Assembly: GCA_964619485.1 (NCBI GenBank) | Contig: CAZUCI010000002.1 | Coordinates: forward strand, 27,975-91,974 | Direction: 5' to 3' | DNA length: 64,000 bases | Source of the DNA: an uncultured Lachnospiraceae bacterium | GTDB lineage: Bacteria > Bacillota > Clostridia > Lachnospirales > Lachnospiraceae | Part shown: positions 30,649-40,137 of the stretch, piece by piece | Layout: each line of letters starts with the position of its first letter | Numbering within the stretch: the stretch's first letter is position 1 | The notes under the pieces: model-generated | What the model was told of the DNA's origin: nothing | The model's database searches: none | What the model saw: only the letters and a program-made list of their open reading frames with translations | Made by a program: the position numbers and the translations under genes

Positions 30649-32961
30649 ATGAACAAAGAAGTAACGATATATGGAAAAAACAGCATAGTGCAGAGTGAGA
30701 GATGGCAGTTTTTGCATGAGGTCATGGTTGCCGTTTTCTTTTTGTCGTCTTTTTTATGCGTGTTATCCTGCTTTATGGAGCCCCTCTGGGTGAAGCTTGT
30801 GCTGGTTTTTACAGCTTTTTTTCCTATTTTGATTTTGTGCTTTCCGATTTCTTCCAGGCAAAGTACATGGGTCAGAAATATTTGTACAATTCTGACAGTC
30901 GTGTCTGTTTTGGCCGGTCCGACCAGATGGATTCATGGATTTTTGTCCTTTGCCAATCTGCTCATAGAGATGTGGAATCATCATTTTCATACCTTTATTT
31001 CAGGCTATAGGGTTGAAGCTGTCAGCCAGGCAGCGATGCTTCAGTTCTACGGATCGCTTGTCCTTTTGGCACTGTTTTTTTCTATCCTGTGCGTGAGAAT
31101 GCACTGCAGTTTTGTACTGATTATGGCAGGGTGCACACTGCTTCTGGCCGCCAGCTATTTTCAGCTTGATATTCCCCTGTGGATTTATGTGGCCATGGGT
31201 GTTGGAGTGTGGCTGTTTTTTGCAGCTGAAAGTATGGTGGATCAGGGCTATCGCATTTTGCTGAGTGTTGTGGGCGTTACTTTGGCTGTGGGTGTCCTGT
31301 TTGTGACAGTATCGTCAGGATTTACAGGGAGCACAGCAATTGCCAATGTTAAAGATACTTTTCTTCAGGGAATTGATTACCTGCGTTTTGGAAGGGATTC
31401 TCTTCCCCAGGGAGATTTGACAAAGGCTGCTTTTTTGAAGGGCGATGGGGAGGAAACGCTCTGCATCAGAGGAGAAGTATCTGTTCCCCTGCATCTGCGG
31501 GGATTTGTGGGAGGTACCTATACGGGAAGCGGGTTTGAGAGAACGGATTTGTCGGCCTACAGTGGTGATATGAATGGTCTGATGGAGTGGCTTACAGAAA
31601 ACAACTTTCAGCAGCCCTATCAGATGGCTCATTTTTGCTTTCTGACCAACACATCCGAAGCTGGAAGGAAGCTCTCTGTTATCAACAGAGGCGCTTACAG
31701 AAAATATCTTTACCTGCCCTATGAGACCATTTCGCTGGAGCGTGGAGATGGAGGGGTGAAAAACGACTGGCAGGTGGCTTCAAAAGGAATTTTTGGTGCA
31801 GGGCGCTATGAATTTACCATGGAGGATTCCAATTCCAGTGAGGACTTTGTGATGGGAAGCATTGATTCCACAAAGGAGGGAGCAGATCAGTTTGAAGCGG
31901 CGGAGAATGAGTACCGCAATTTTGTTTACAATACCTATCTTACAGTGGATGACCACGTAAGGGATGTTGTGGAGGAACAGCTCTTTTCCGGCTTGAAGCT
32001 GGAAAATGAAAGGTCTGTGGAGGATGTAACCGGAAAAATCCGTCTTGCATTGCTGCAGTATAATCAGTTCGCAGAAAAACCGGATGTATATTCCGGCGAG
32101 AAGGACTTTATTGACTGGTTTTTAGAGAATGACCATAAGTGCAACTCTGCCTATTATGCAGCGACAGCCGTTCTGGCCTACCGTTGTGCCGGGATTCCGG
32201 CCCGCTATGTGGAGGGCTATTATCTTTCAGAGGCACAGATAAGCAATGCCTCCAGCCAAAACGAGAGTGAGGTCTCTTTGACAGGTGAGGATACAAGAGC
32301 CTGGGTGGAAACCTATATCGGCGGCGTTGGCTGGCTTCCGGTGGAGGTTACTCTCGGCTATTATCAGGCCGGCTTTTCCATGCTGGAAATGGCAGTTGCA
32401 CCGGAGGATACCATTGAGGTAGTACAGGGACAGGATGATTCTGTGGCAGGAAAGACAACCGATTCCGTAATGCCCGGGGACGGTGGTGGAGAGGGTAAGG
32501 AACCACCGCTGCCAACTGTACTGCATTTTCTTGGGTGGATGCTCCTCACAGGGGTGTGTATACTTGGACTGGCATTTCTTGTCCGCATGCAGGCATATGT
32601 CAGAAGTGCGGCTTTTTATGCGGCAGTGCAAAAAAGCAGAGCAGACCGGCACTGCCGGATGGTATATGACAAGGTGTGCAGAATCTTTTTGCTGGCAGGT
32701 GTAACAGGGGATTTGCGATTTCCCAGAAAGTGCGTGAATGAGGTGACGACGGTGCTGCCGGGTATTACGGCAGACGAGATAAATCGTTTTATTTCTATTG
32801 TTGAAAAGGGAATTTTTAAGGGAAGCCTGTATTCTGCAGAGCTGGTGACCATTGACCGTTTTATGGATCTGTGTCTGCAGCAGCTTATAGAGAAGGGTAG
32901 AGTTCTGACAAAGGTCAAAACATATTATGTATATGCACTGCATAGAAAAAGGGAAGGCTGA
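30649..32961 (+). CDS. Membrane transglutaminase-like domain protein (catalytic residues apparently degenerate)
   Basis: About 7 N-terminal TMs; LHLRGFVGGTY; AVLAYRCAGIPARYVEGY; RAWVETYIGGVGWLPVEVT; a later TM. Confidence 0.85.
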   Translation: MNKEVTIYGKNSIVQSERWQFLHEVMVAVFFLSSFLCVLSCFMEPLWVKLVLVFTAFFPILILCFPISSRQSTWVRNICTILTVVSVLAGPTRWIHGFLSFANLLIEMWNHHFHTFISGYRVEAVSQAAMLQFYGSLVLLALFFSILCVRMHCSFVLIMAGCTLLLAASYFQLDIPLWIYVAMGVGVWLFFAAESMVDQGYRILLSVVGVTLAVGVLFVTVSSGFTGSTAIANVKDTFLQGIDYLRFGRDSLPQGDLTKAAFLKGDGEETLCIRGEVSVPLHLRGFVGGTYTGSGFERTDLSAYSGDMNGLMEWLTENNFQQPYQMAHFCFLTNTSEAGRKLSVINRGAYRKYLYLPYETISLERGDGGVKNDWQVASKGIFGAGRYEFTMEDSNSSEDFVMGSIDSTKEGADQFEAAENEYRNFVYNTYLTVDDHVRDVVEEQLFSGLKLENERSVEDVTGKIRLALLQYNQFAEKPDVYSGEKDFIDWFLENDHKCNSAYYAATAVLAYRCAGIPARYVEGYYLSEAQISNASSQNESEVSLTGEDTRAWVETYIGGVGWLPVEVTLGYYQAGFSMLEMAVAPEDTIEVVQGQDDSVAGKTTDSVMPGDGGGEGKEPPLPTVLHFLGWMLLTGVCILGLAFLVRMQAYVRSAAFYAAVQKSRADRHCRMVYDKVCRIFLLAGVTGDLRFPRKCVNEVTTVLPGITADEINRFISIVEKGIFKGSLYSAELVTIDRFMDLCLQQLIEKGRVLTKVKTYYVYALHRKREG

Positions 32962-33489
32962 TCACTCAACCTTCCCCATTTTATTAAAAGGAAAATAGCG
33001 GAATACGGCCTTCCCAAGGATATTATCCATTGGAACAAAGGTCTTTTCCCAATATCTGGAATCATAGGAATTGTTACGATTATCACCCATGACAAAATAG
33101 CTGTTGTTGGGCACCTCATAGGGACCAAAATTTCCAAGAGGGGTTTCTCTGGTGAAGGAGTCATCCAGAGGAGTGTCAGAATTGTTAATGTATACCTTGC
33201 CGTCAATCACTGTGACTGTTTCACCCGGCAGCCCGATGATTCGCTTGATATAAAGCTGGGATTCGTCATCAGGAAGACGGAAAATGATGATGTCAAAACG
33301 CTGGGGAATTTTACTTTTATATGCAAAACGGTTTCCGATGACACGGTCACCAATCATAATGGTGTCCTGCATGGATTCAGATGGGATGCGGGCATTGACA
33401 ATCAACACAGAGTCAATGAACCAGACAAGGCAGAGTACAACCACAAAAATGACAACATATTCTAAAGCTTCTCTTAATTTACTATTCAA
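32962..33489 (-). CDS. lepB: Signal peptidase I
   Basis: IPSESM (Ser), YIKRIIGLPG (Lys), GDNRNNSYDSR. TTG start. Its stop codon directly abuts the convergent gene's stop (tga/tca). Confidence 0.93.
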   Translation of the reverse strand: MNSKLREALEYVVIFVVVLCLVWFIDSVLIVNARIPSESMQDTIMIGDRVIGNRFAYKSKIPQRFDIIIFRLPDDESQLYIKRIIGLPGETVTVIDGKVYINNSDTPLDDSFTRETPLGNFGPYEVPNNSYFVMGDNRNNSYDSRYWEKTFVPMDNILGKAVFRYFPFNKMGKVE

Positions 33490-33537
33490 ACCGTTTACAC
33501 ACTTCTTTCTCTTTTCAGTGATTTATGTTATCCTCAT

Positions 33538-33832
33538 GATGTGAGTGTCTGGGAATCTGGTGATGCAGGTTTGGGCGGGGCAGGTTGTTTTTTATGACTT
33601 TAAAAGGGATTAGATATTCTTGAAATTCCCTTATAAAGTCAGCAATTCACAGACACGATGTCTGTGAAAGACCCATCGGAGCCACGGATGGCGACTGTGG
33701 GTCGTTTGCGTAAACATACAATACTCTAAACGGGAATTCTTAGAATATCTTACTCCCTTTTATCGGAATAAAAAAAACAACCTGCCCCGCCCAAACCTGT
33801 CAGGCATCACTAAATTCCCAGGCGCACACATC
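33538..33832. mobile_element. 295-bp nested palindromic non-coding element (MITE/REPIN-like)
   Basis: About 60-bp imperfect terminal IRs (..caggtttgggcggggcaggttgttttt / aaaaacaacctgccccgcccaaacctg..), an inner ~40-bp IR and two central hairpins. Confidence 0.7.
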
Positions 33833-33872
33833 GTCTTTATTATACAGTTACAAAATTTAGGAGTAAAGAGAA

Positions 33873-35366
33873 ATGTACGATTATGTATTATTTGATTTAG
33901 ATGGAACCCTTTCTGACCCCAAGGAGGGAATCTGCAAGTCGGTGCAGTATGCTCTGCATGATCAGGGGATTGAAGAGCCGGATATAGATAAACTGGAGCC
34001 CTTTATCGGGCCGCCCCTGGGAGCCAGCTTTGCCCAGTTTTACGGGATGGATGAGCAGCAGTGCCAAAAGGCAATCAAGAAGTTTCGTGAGCGCTTTGAA
34101 ACCATTGGAATCTACGAGAATGTTTTGTATCCGGGGATGGACAGACTGCTGGCAGATTTATGTGCACGGGGATGTAAACTGGCAGTTGCTTCCAGTAAAC
34201 CGAGAGAATTTGTGGAGATTGTGTTGGAACACTTTAACATCCGCTCCTATTTTTCTGTGGTCATGGGCTCTGAGAAGGATGGCAGGAGAGTGGAAAAGGA
34301 GGAAGTCATGGAGGAGACACTGCGTCTTTTGTTTCCGGACACCTTTCCGGATTTTCCAAGGGAGAAGGTTGCCATGGTGGGCGATAGAAGGTTCGATATG
34401 GAGGGAGCAAAGCGGTTTGGAGTAACGGCAATTGGAGTCGCCTTTGGCTATGCTCCTGTGGGAGAGCTGGAGAGCGCAGGTGCTGACAGAATCGTGGAGG
34501 ATATGGACGGATTGTGGGAGGCTGTCATCCAGGAAAACCGTATCCGCAGAGCTCCGAAGCTGCGTCCGTTGAAAAAGATTCTGGATATTGTTTCTCCACT
34601 TGTATATTACTATCTCCTGACCACAATCATTTGTCTGGCTGGTCAGCTGGTCATTCAGACGCTTGTTCATGGACCACTGTCCTCCTATGGAGCATGGGTG
34701 TCGGCACATTCCTCGCAGCTGGCAGTTTATCTCAATGGAATTGCAAATATTGTGGCCGGTGGATTTTGTCTGTGGTTATATGGAAAAGAGGCAGAAAAAC
34801 CGGTTTCTGATATGATTACAAGAAAGAGAATGCTGAAATTCGGACATGAAATACCTTGTCTCATTGTGCTTACAATATCCATCTCACTTTTTTTGAATCT
34901 GCTCTTTTCCTATCTGCAGATTATGGGCCGTTCAGAAGCTTATGGACAGGTCAGCAGTATCCAGTATTCTGTGTCCCTGGAGGTTGGGCTGTTCTTTTAT
35001 GGAATTGTGGCTCCTCTGGCGGAGGAAGCGGTTTTCCGTGGCCTGATATTTGGCAGAATCCGTCATTATTTTGGTGCAATGCCGGCGGTTCTGATTTCAG
35101 CACTGATTTTTGGCGCTTATCATGGTAATATCGTGCAGTTTCTCTATGCCTTTTTAATGGGACTGCTTCTGGCAGCGGTATACGAGAAGTATCATACCCT
35201 TTATGCTCCTGTTTTGGTGCATGCCCTGGCGAATCTGGCAGTTTATACGGTAAGCCGCGTGGCTGCAATCAACAGGCTTCTCTCTGTTCCTGTATTTCTG
35301 GTGCTTTTTGTTTTGGCAGCAGCTTCCGGGATGCTGCTGTTTAAGCCGGGGAAAACTTCAAAATAA
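33873..35366 (+). CDS. HAD hydrolase fused to CPBP (CAAX protease/Abi) intramembrane metalloprotease
   Basis: FDLDGTLSD, VASSK, MVGDRRFD; then TMs with LAEEAVFRG, FGAYH and HALAN in a single ORF. Confidence 0.9.
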   Translation: MYDYVLFDLDGTLSDPKEGICKSVQYALHDQGIEEPDIDKLEPFIGPPLGASFAQFYGMDEQQCQKAIKKFRERFETIGIYENVLYPGMDRLLADLCARGCKLAVASSKPREFVEIVLEHFNIRSYFSVVMGSEKDGRRVEKEEVMEETLRLLFPDTFPDFPREKVAMVGDRRFDMEGAKRFGVTAIGVAFGYAPVGELESAGADRIVEDMDGLWEAVIQENRIRRAPKLRPLKKILDIVSPLVYYYLLTTIICLAGQLVIQTLVHGPLSSYGAWVSAHSSQLAVYLNGIANIVAGGFCLWLYGKEAEKPVSDMITRKRMLKFGHEIPCLIVLTISISLFLNLLFSYLQIMGRSEAYGQVSSIQYSVSLEVGLFFYGIVAPLAEEAVFRGLIFGRIRHYFGAMPAVLISALIFGAYHGNIVQFLYAFLMGLLLAAVYEKYHTLYAPVLVHALANLAVYTVSRVAAINRLLSVPVFLVLFVLAAASGMLLFKPGKTSK

Positions 35367-35421
35367 ATTTTTTTAGACTAAAGTTGTATGAAACGATATT
35401 AAATAAAGAATAACAGACTGC

Positions 35422-35518
35422 AAATGTCAGAAAATATGTAAAAAATATTGATATTGTCAAATTATCAGACAATTTATAAAAATTTCCTGTTTACAATCAA
35501 AAAAAATAGGTGTATAGT
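35422..35518 (+). promoter_or_regulatory. gltB promoter with CodY-like boxes and an overlapping GlnR/TnrA-like box
   Basis: -35 tttaca 35490-35495, 17 bp, -10 tatagt 35513-35518. aattatcagacaatt (35460-35474) is 13/15 and aaatgtcagaaaata (35422-35436) 12/15 to AATTTTCWGAAAATT. tgtca-N7-agaca at 35455-35471. Confidence 0.55.
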
Positions 35519-35572
35519 TTCAAACATAAAAAAGCAAACACAAATGGATGCCACTTTGAAAGGAGATATAAC

Positions 35573-38500
35573 ATGTTTGACGCGAAGTTAGACATGCCAA
35601 GGCCTTCTCTTTACCGGGAAGAATTTGAGCATGACAACTGCGGCATCGGTGCTTGTGTCAATATTAATGGACAAAAGAGCCACGCGACAGTTGAGAACGC
35701 ACTGAAGATTGTAGAAAATTTAGAACATAGAGCAGGCAAAGATGCCGAAGGTATGACTGGTGATGGAGTTGGAATCTTAACACAGATTTCCCACAACTTT
35801 TTCACAAAAGTCTCTCATACCCTCGGCATCTTTTTAGGTTCAGAGAGAGAATATGGTGTGGGAATGTTTTTCTTTCCACAGGATGAGCTCCAGAGAAACC
35901 AGGCTAAAAAGATGTTCGAAATCATTGTTGAGAAGGAGGGACTGACCTTCCTTGGATGGAGAGAGGTGCCAACGGTCCCTTCCGTATTGGGACATAAGGC
36001 AGTGGAATGTATGCCATGTATTATGCAGGCTTTCATTAAGAAGCCTGAAAATGTGGAGAAGGGACTTGATTTTGACCGTATGCTCTACATTGTGAGACGT
36101 GTTTTTGAGCAGTCCACAGATGTGACCTATGTGGTTTCCTTAAGCAGCCGCACCATTGTCTACAAAGGAATGTTTCTGGTTGGACAGCTGCGTACCTTCT
36201 TCTGCGATTTGCAGGATAAGGACTATGATTCCGCCATTGCCATTGTCCATTCCCGTTTTTCCACCAACACCAATCCGAGCTGGGAGAGAGCGCATCCAAA
36301 CCGTTTTATCGTACACAATGGTGAAATTAACACAATTCGTGGTAATGCAGATAAAATGCTTGCAAGAGAAGAAAATATGGAATCCGTGCATTTAAAGGGA
36401 CAGCTTCATAAGGTTCTCCCGGTCATCAATGCATCCGGTTCCGATTCTGCAATGCTTGATAATACGCTGGAATTTCTGGTTATGAGTGGCATGCCCCTGC
36501 CTCTGGCTGTCATGATTGCCATTCCGGAGCCCTGGGCAAATAATAAAATCATGAGTCAGGATAAAAAGGACTTTTACCAGTATTATGCAACCATGATGGA
36601 GCCCTGGGATGGACCGGCGTCCATTCTTTTCTCCGATGGAGATATTATGGGTGCGGTGCTTGACAGAAATGGTCTTCGCCCATCCCGCTACTATATTACA
36701 GAGGATGGTCAGGTTATTTTGTCCTCAGAGGTTGGGGTACTTCCTATCGATCCAACCAAAATTGTAAAAAAAGAAAGACTTCGTCCTGGAAAAATGCTTC
36801 TGATTGACACGGTTGCCGGAAAGGTTATTGATGATGAGACTCTGAAGCAGTCCTATGCCAGCAAGCAGCCCTATGGAGAATGGCTGGACTCCAATCTGGT
36901 GGAGCTTCATGATTTGAAAATTCCCAATGTGCGGGTTCCTGAGTTTACCTACGAAGAGAGACAGCGCATGCAGAAGGCCTTCGGATATACCTATGATGAA
37001 CTGAAGCAGACCATTCTTCCAATGGCAAAAAACGGTTCTGAAGCTATTGCAGCCATGGGTGTTGACACGCCGCTTCCTGTTCTGAGTAAGGCAAAGCATC
37101 CACTTTTCAATTACTTTAAGCAGCTGTTTGCACAGGTAACCAATCCGCCGATTGATGCCATTCGTGAAGAGGTTGTGACATCAACGTCAGTTTACGTGGG
37201 GACAGATGGAAACCTGTTGGAGGAATCACCAAAGAACTGTAACGTTTTAAAGGTTCGTAACCCGATTCTGACCAACACGGATATTTTGAAAATAAAGAAC
37301 ATGAAGGCTGAGGGCTTCAAGGTGGAGGTTGTTCCAATCACCTATTACAAGAATACCAGCCTGGAAAAAGCAATTGACAGATTGTTTGTGGAAGTGGACA
37401 GAATGTTCCGCGAGGGTGTCAATATCCTGATTCTCTCCGACAGAGGAGTGGATGAAAACCATGTTGCCATTCCTTCTCTGCTTGCTGTTTCTGCATTGCA
37501 GCAGCATCTGGTATCTACCAAGAAACGTACCTCTGTAGCCATTATTCTGGAATCTGCGGAGCCGAGAGAGGTGCATCATTTTGCCACAATTCTGGGCTAT
37601 GGTGCCTGTGCAATCAACCCTTATCTTGCCCAGGAATCCATCAAGGAGCTCATTGACAGTCATATGCTGGACAAGGATTATTACGCAGCTGTAGATGACT
37701 ATAATGATGCAATTTTACAGGGCATTGTAAAAATAGCATCCAAAATGGGAATTTCCACAATTCAGTCCTACCAGGGCTCAAAGATTTTTGAGGCTATCGG
37801 TATTGATTATGATGTGGTAAATAAATATTTTAACGGAACGGTCTGCCGTGTGGGCGGAATTACGCTGAAGGATATTGAGAAACAGGTGGATGAGCTTCAT
37901 TCCACAGCTTTTGATCCCTTGGGACTGGCCACAGACCTGACCCTGGACAGCCCGGGACATCACAAAATGAGAAGTGGTGGAGATGAGCATCTTTACAATC
38001 CGGAAACCATTCATCTTTTACAGGAATCGACCCGCCGCGGTGATTATGATTTATTTAAAAAATATACCGCCTGTGTCAATGATGAGACAAGCATCAAGAC
38101 CCTTCGCGGGCTGATGGATTTCAATTATCCCAAGAAGGGGATACCACTGGAAGAAGTGGAGAGTGTGGAATCCATTGTCAAAAGATTTAAAACAGGAGCC
38201 ATGTCCTACGGCTCTATTTCCAAGGAAGCCCACGAATGTCTGGCAATTGCCATGAACAATCTGGGTGGAAAATCAAATACCGGTGAAGGTGGAGAGGATC
38301 TGGAGAGATTGTCCATCGGACCGGACGGACTGAATAAATGCTCTGCAATCAAGCAGGTTGCTTCCGGCAGATTCGGAGTTACCAGCAAATATCTGACCAG
38401 TGCCAAGGAGATTCAGATCAAAATGGCACAGGGGGCAAAACCGGGTGAGGGCGGACATCTTCCGGCTGGAAAGGTTTATCCGTGGATTGCAAAAACCCGT

Positions 38501-40120
38501 CATTCAACTCCTGGAGTCGGTCTGATTTCACCGCCACCTCATCACGACATTTATTCTATCGAGGATTTGGCGCAGCTGATTTATGACTTGAAAAATGCCA
38601 ATGTAGATGCCAGAATTTCCGTAAAACTGGTGTCGGAGGCCGGTGTTGGAACGGTTGCCGCCGGTGTTGCCAAGGCTGGAGCTCAGGTTATTCTGGTCAG
38701 CGGATATGATGGAGGAACCGGTGCAGCACCAAGGAATTCCATTCACAATGCAGGACTTCCATGGGAGCTTGGTCTTGCTGAAACCCATCAGACACTGATT
38801 ATGAACGGTCTGCGTAACAAGGTTCGCATTGAGACAGACGGAAAGCTCATGAGTGGCCGTGATGTGGTGATTGCTGCACTTTTAGGGGCTGAGGAATATG
38901 GTTTTGCAACAGCGCCGCTGGTAACCATGGGCTGCGTTATGATGCGTGTCTGCAACCTGGATACCTGTCCTGTTGGTGTAGCGACTCAGAATCCGGAGCT
39001 TAGAAAGAGATTCAGAGGAAAACCGGAATACATTGAAAATTTCATGCGCTTTATCGCTGAGGAGATGCGTGAATATATGGCTAAGCTTGGTGTTCGCACC
39101 ATCGATGAGCTGGTTGGACATACAGAGCTGTTAAAAGTAAAAGAGAATGTGGATGAGCGATATGCCAAGATTGATTTGGGGAATATCTTAAACAACCCTT
39201 ATGCAGGAAGCAGGGAAAAGGTTATCTTTGATCCAAAGCAGGTATATGACTTTAAGCTGGAAAATACGCTGGATGAAAAGGTGCTTTTAAAACAGCTTTC
39301 CAAGGCAATGGAAACAGGGGCAAAGAGAAGCATCGAGGTGGATGTGACCAACACGGATCGAGCTTTTGGAACCATTCTTGGAGCGGAGATTACCAGAAAA
39401 TTCTATAACACTCTGGAGGAGGATACCTACCGCGTTTTATGTAATGGTGCAGGTGGACAGAGCTTTGGCGCATTTATTCCAAAGGGTCTTACCCTGGAGC
39501 TGGTGGGAGATTCCAACGATTATTTTGGAAAAGGCCTGTCCGGCGGTAAGCTGATTGTTTATCCGCCAAAAGGGAGTAAGTTTAAACAGGATGAAAACAT
39601 CATTATCGGTAATGTGGCTCTTTACGGTGCAACCAGCGGAAAGGCATTTATCAATGGTGTTGCAGGCGAGCGCTTCTGCGTTCGTAACTCCGGAGCAATT
39701 GCTGTAGTGGAGGGCTGTGGTGATCATGGCTGCGAGTATATGACAGGCGGCCGCGCTGTCATCATCGGAAAGGTCGGCAAAAACTTCGCAGCCGGCATGA
39801 GCGGTGGTGTTGCGTATGTGCTGGATGAGGATAATGATTTGTATACCAAGGTAAATAAGGAAATGGTATCCTCCCATGAAATTACGTCCAAATATGATGT
39901 ATTAGAACTGAAAGACCTGATTAGTGAACACGTGTCCTACACCAACTCGGAAAAAGGAAAAGAGATTTTAAATAACTTTGGCGAATATCTTCCTAAGTTT
40001 AAGAAAATCATTCCACATGATTATGAGACCATGCTGAAAGCAATTGTTCAGATGGAGGAAAAAGGGTTAAGCGCAGAACAGGCACAGATTGAGGCATTTT
40101 ATGCCAATAAGAATAAATAA
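35573..40120 (+). CDS. gltB: Glutamate synthase large subunit
   Basis: HDNCGIG (N-terminal amidotransferase Cys), HSRFSTNT, HNGEINT, KQVASGRFGV, QGAKPGEGG, CHL/CNLDTCPVG and GXGXG repeats. Start at 35573 follows AAGGAG. Confidence 0.98.
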   Translation: MFDAKLDMPRPSLYREEFEHDNCGIGACVNINGQKSHATVENALKIVENLEHRAGKDAEGMTGDGVGILTQISHNFFTKVSHTLGIFLGSEREYGVGMFFFPQDELQRNQAKKMFEIIVEKEGLTFLGWREVPTVPSVLGHKAVECMPCIMQAFIKKPENVEKGLDFDRMLYIVRRVFEQSTDVTYVVSLSSRTIVYKGMFLVGQLRTFFCDLQDKDYDSAIAIVHSRFSTNTNPSWERAHPNRFIVHNGEINTIRGNADKMLAREENMESVHLKGQLHKVLPVINASGSDSAMLDNTLEFLVMSGMPLPLAVMIAIPEPWANNKIMSQDKKDFYQYYATMMEPWDGPASILFSDGDIMGAVLDRNGLRPSRYYITEDGQVILSSEVGVLPIDPTKIVKKERLRPGKMLLIDTVAGKVIDDETLKQSYASKQPYGEWLDSNLVELHDLKIPNVRVPEFTYEERQRMQKAFGYTYDELKQTILPMAKNGSEAIAAMGVDTPLPVLSKAKHPLFNYFKQLFAQVTNPPIDAIREEVVTSTSVYVGTDGNLLEESPKNCNVLKVRNPILTNTDILKIKNMKAEGFKVEVVPITYYKNTSLEKAIDRLFVEVDRMFREGVNILILSDRGVDENHVAIPSLLAVSALQQHLVSTKKRTSVAIILESAEPREVHHFATILGYGACAINPYLAQESIKELIDSHMLDKDYYAAVDDYNDAILQGIVKIASKMGISTIQSYQGSKIFEAIGIDYDVVNKYFNGTVCRVGGITLKDIEKQVDELHSTAFDPLGLATDLTLDSPGHHKMRSGGDEHLYNPETIHLLQESTRRGDYDLFKKYTACVNDETSIKTLRGLMDFNYPKKGIPLEEVESVESIVKRFKTGAMSYGSISKEAHECLAIAMNNLGGKSNTGEGGEDLERLSIGPDGLNKCSAIKQVASGRFGVTSKYLTSAKEIQIKMAQGAKPGEGGHLPAGKVYPWIAKTRHSTPGVGLISPPPHHDIYSIEDLAQLIYDLKNANVDARISVKLVSEAGVGTVAAGVAKAGAQVILVSGYDGGTGAAPRNSIHNAGLPWELGLAETHQTLIMNGLRNKVRIETDGKLMSGRDVVIAALLGAEEYGFATAPLVTMGCVMMRVCNLDTCPVGVATQNPELRKRFRGKPEYIENFMRFIAEEMREYMAKLGVRTIDELVGHTELLKVKENVDERYAKIDLGNILNNPYAGSREKVIFDPKQVYDFKLENTLDEKVLLKQLSKAMETGAKRSIEVDVTNTDRAFGTILGAEITRKFYNTLEEDTYRVLCNGAGGQSFGAFIPKGLTLELVGDSNDYFGKGLSGGKLIVYPPKGSKFKQDENIIIGNVALYGATSGKAFINGVAGERFCVRNSGAIAVVEGCGDHGCEYMTGGRAVIIGKVGKNFAAGMSGGVAYVLDEDNDLYTKVNKEMVSSHEITSKYDVLELKDLISEHVSYTNSEKGKEILNNFGEYLPKFKKIIPHDYETMLKAIVQMEEKGLSAEQAQIEAFYANKNK

Positions 40121-40137
40121 GGAGGGATGATTATATT

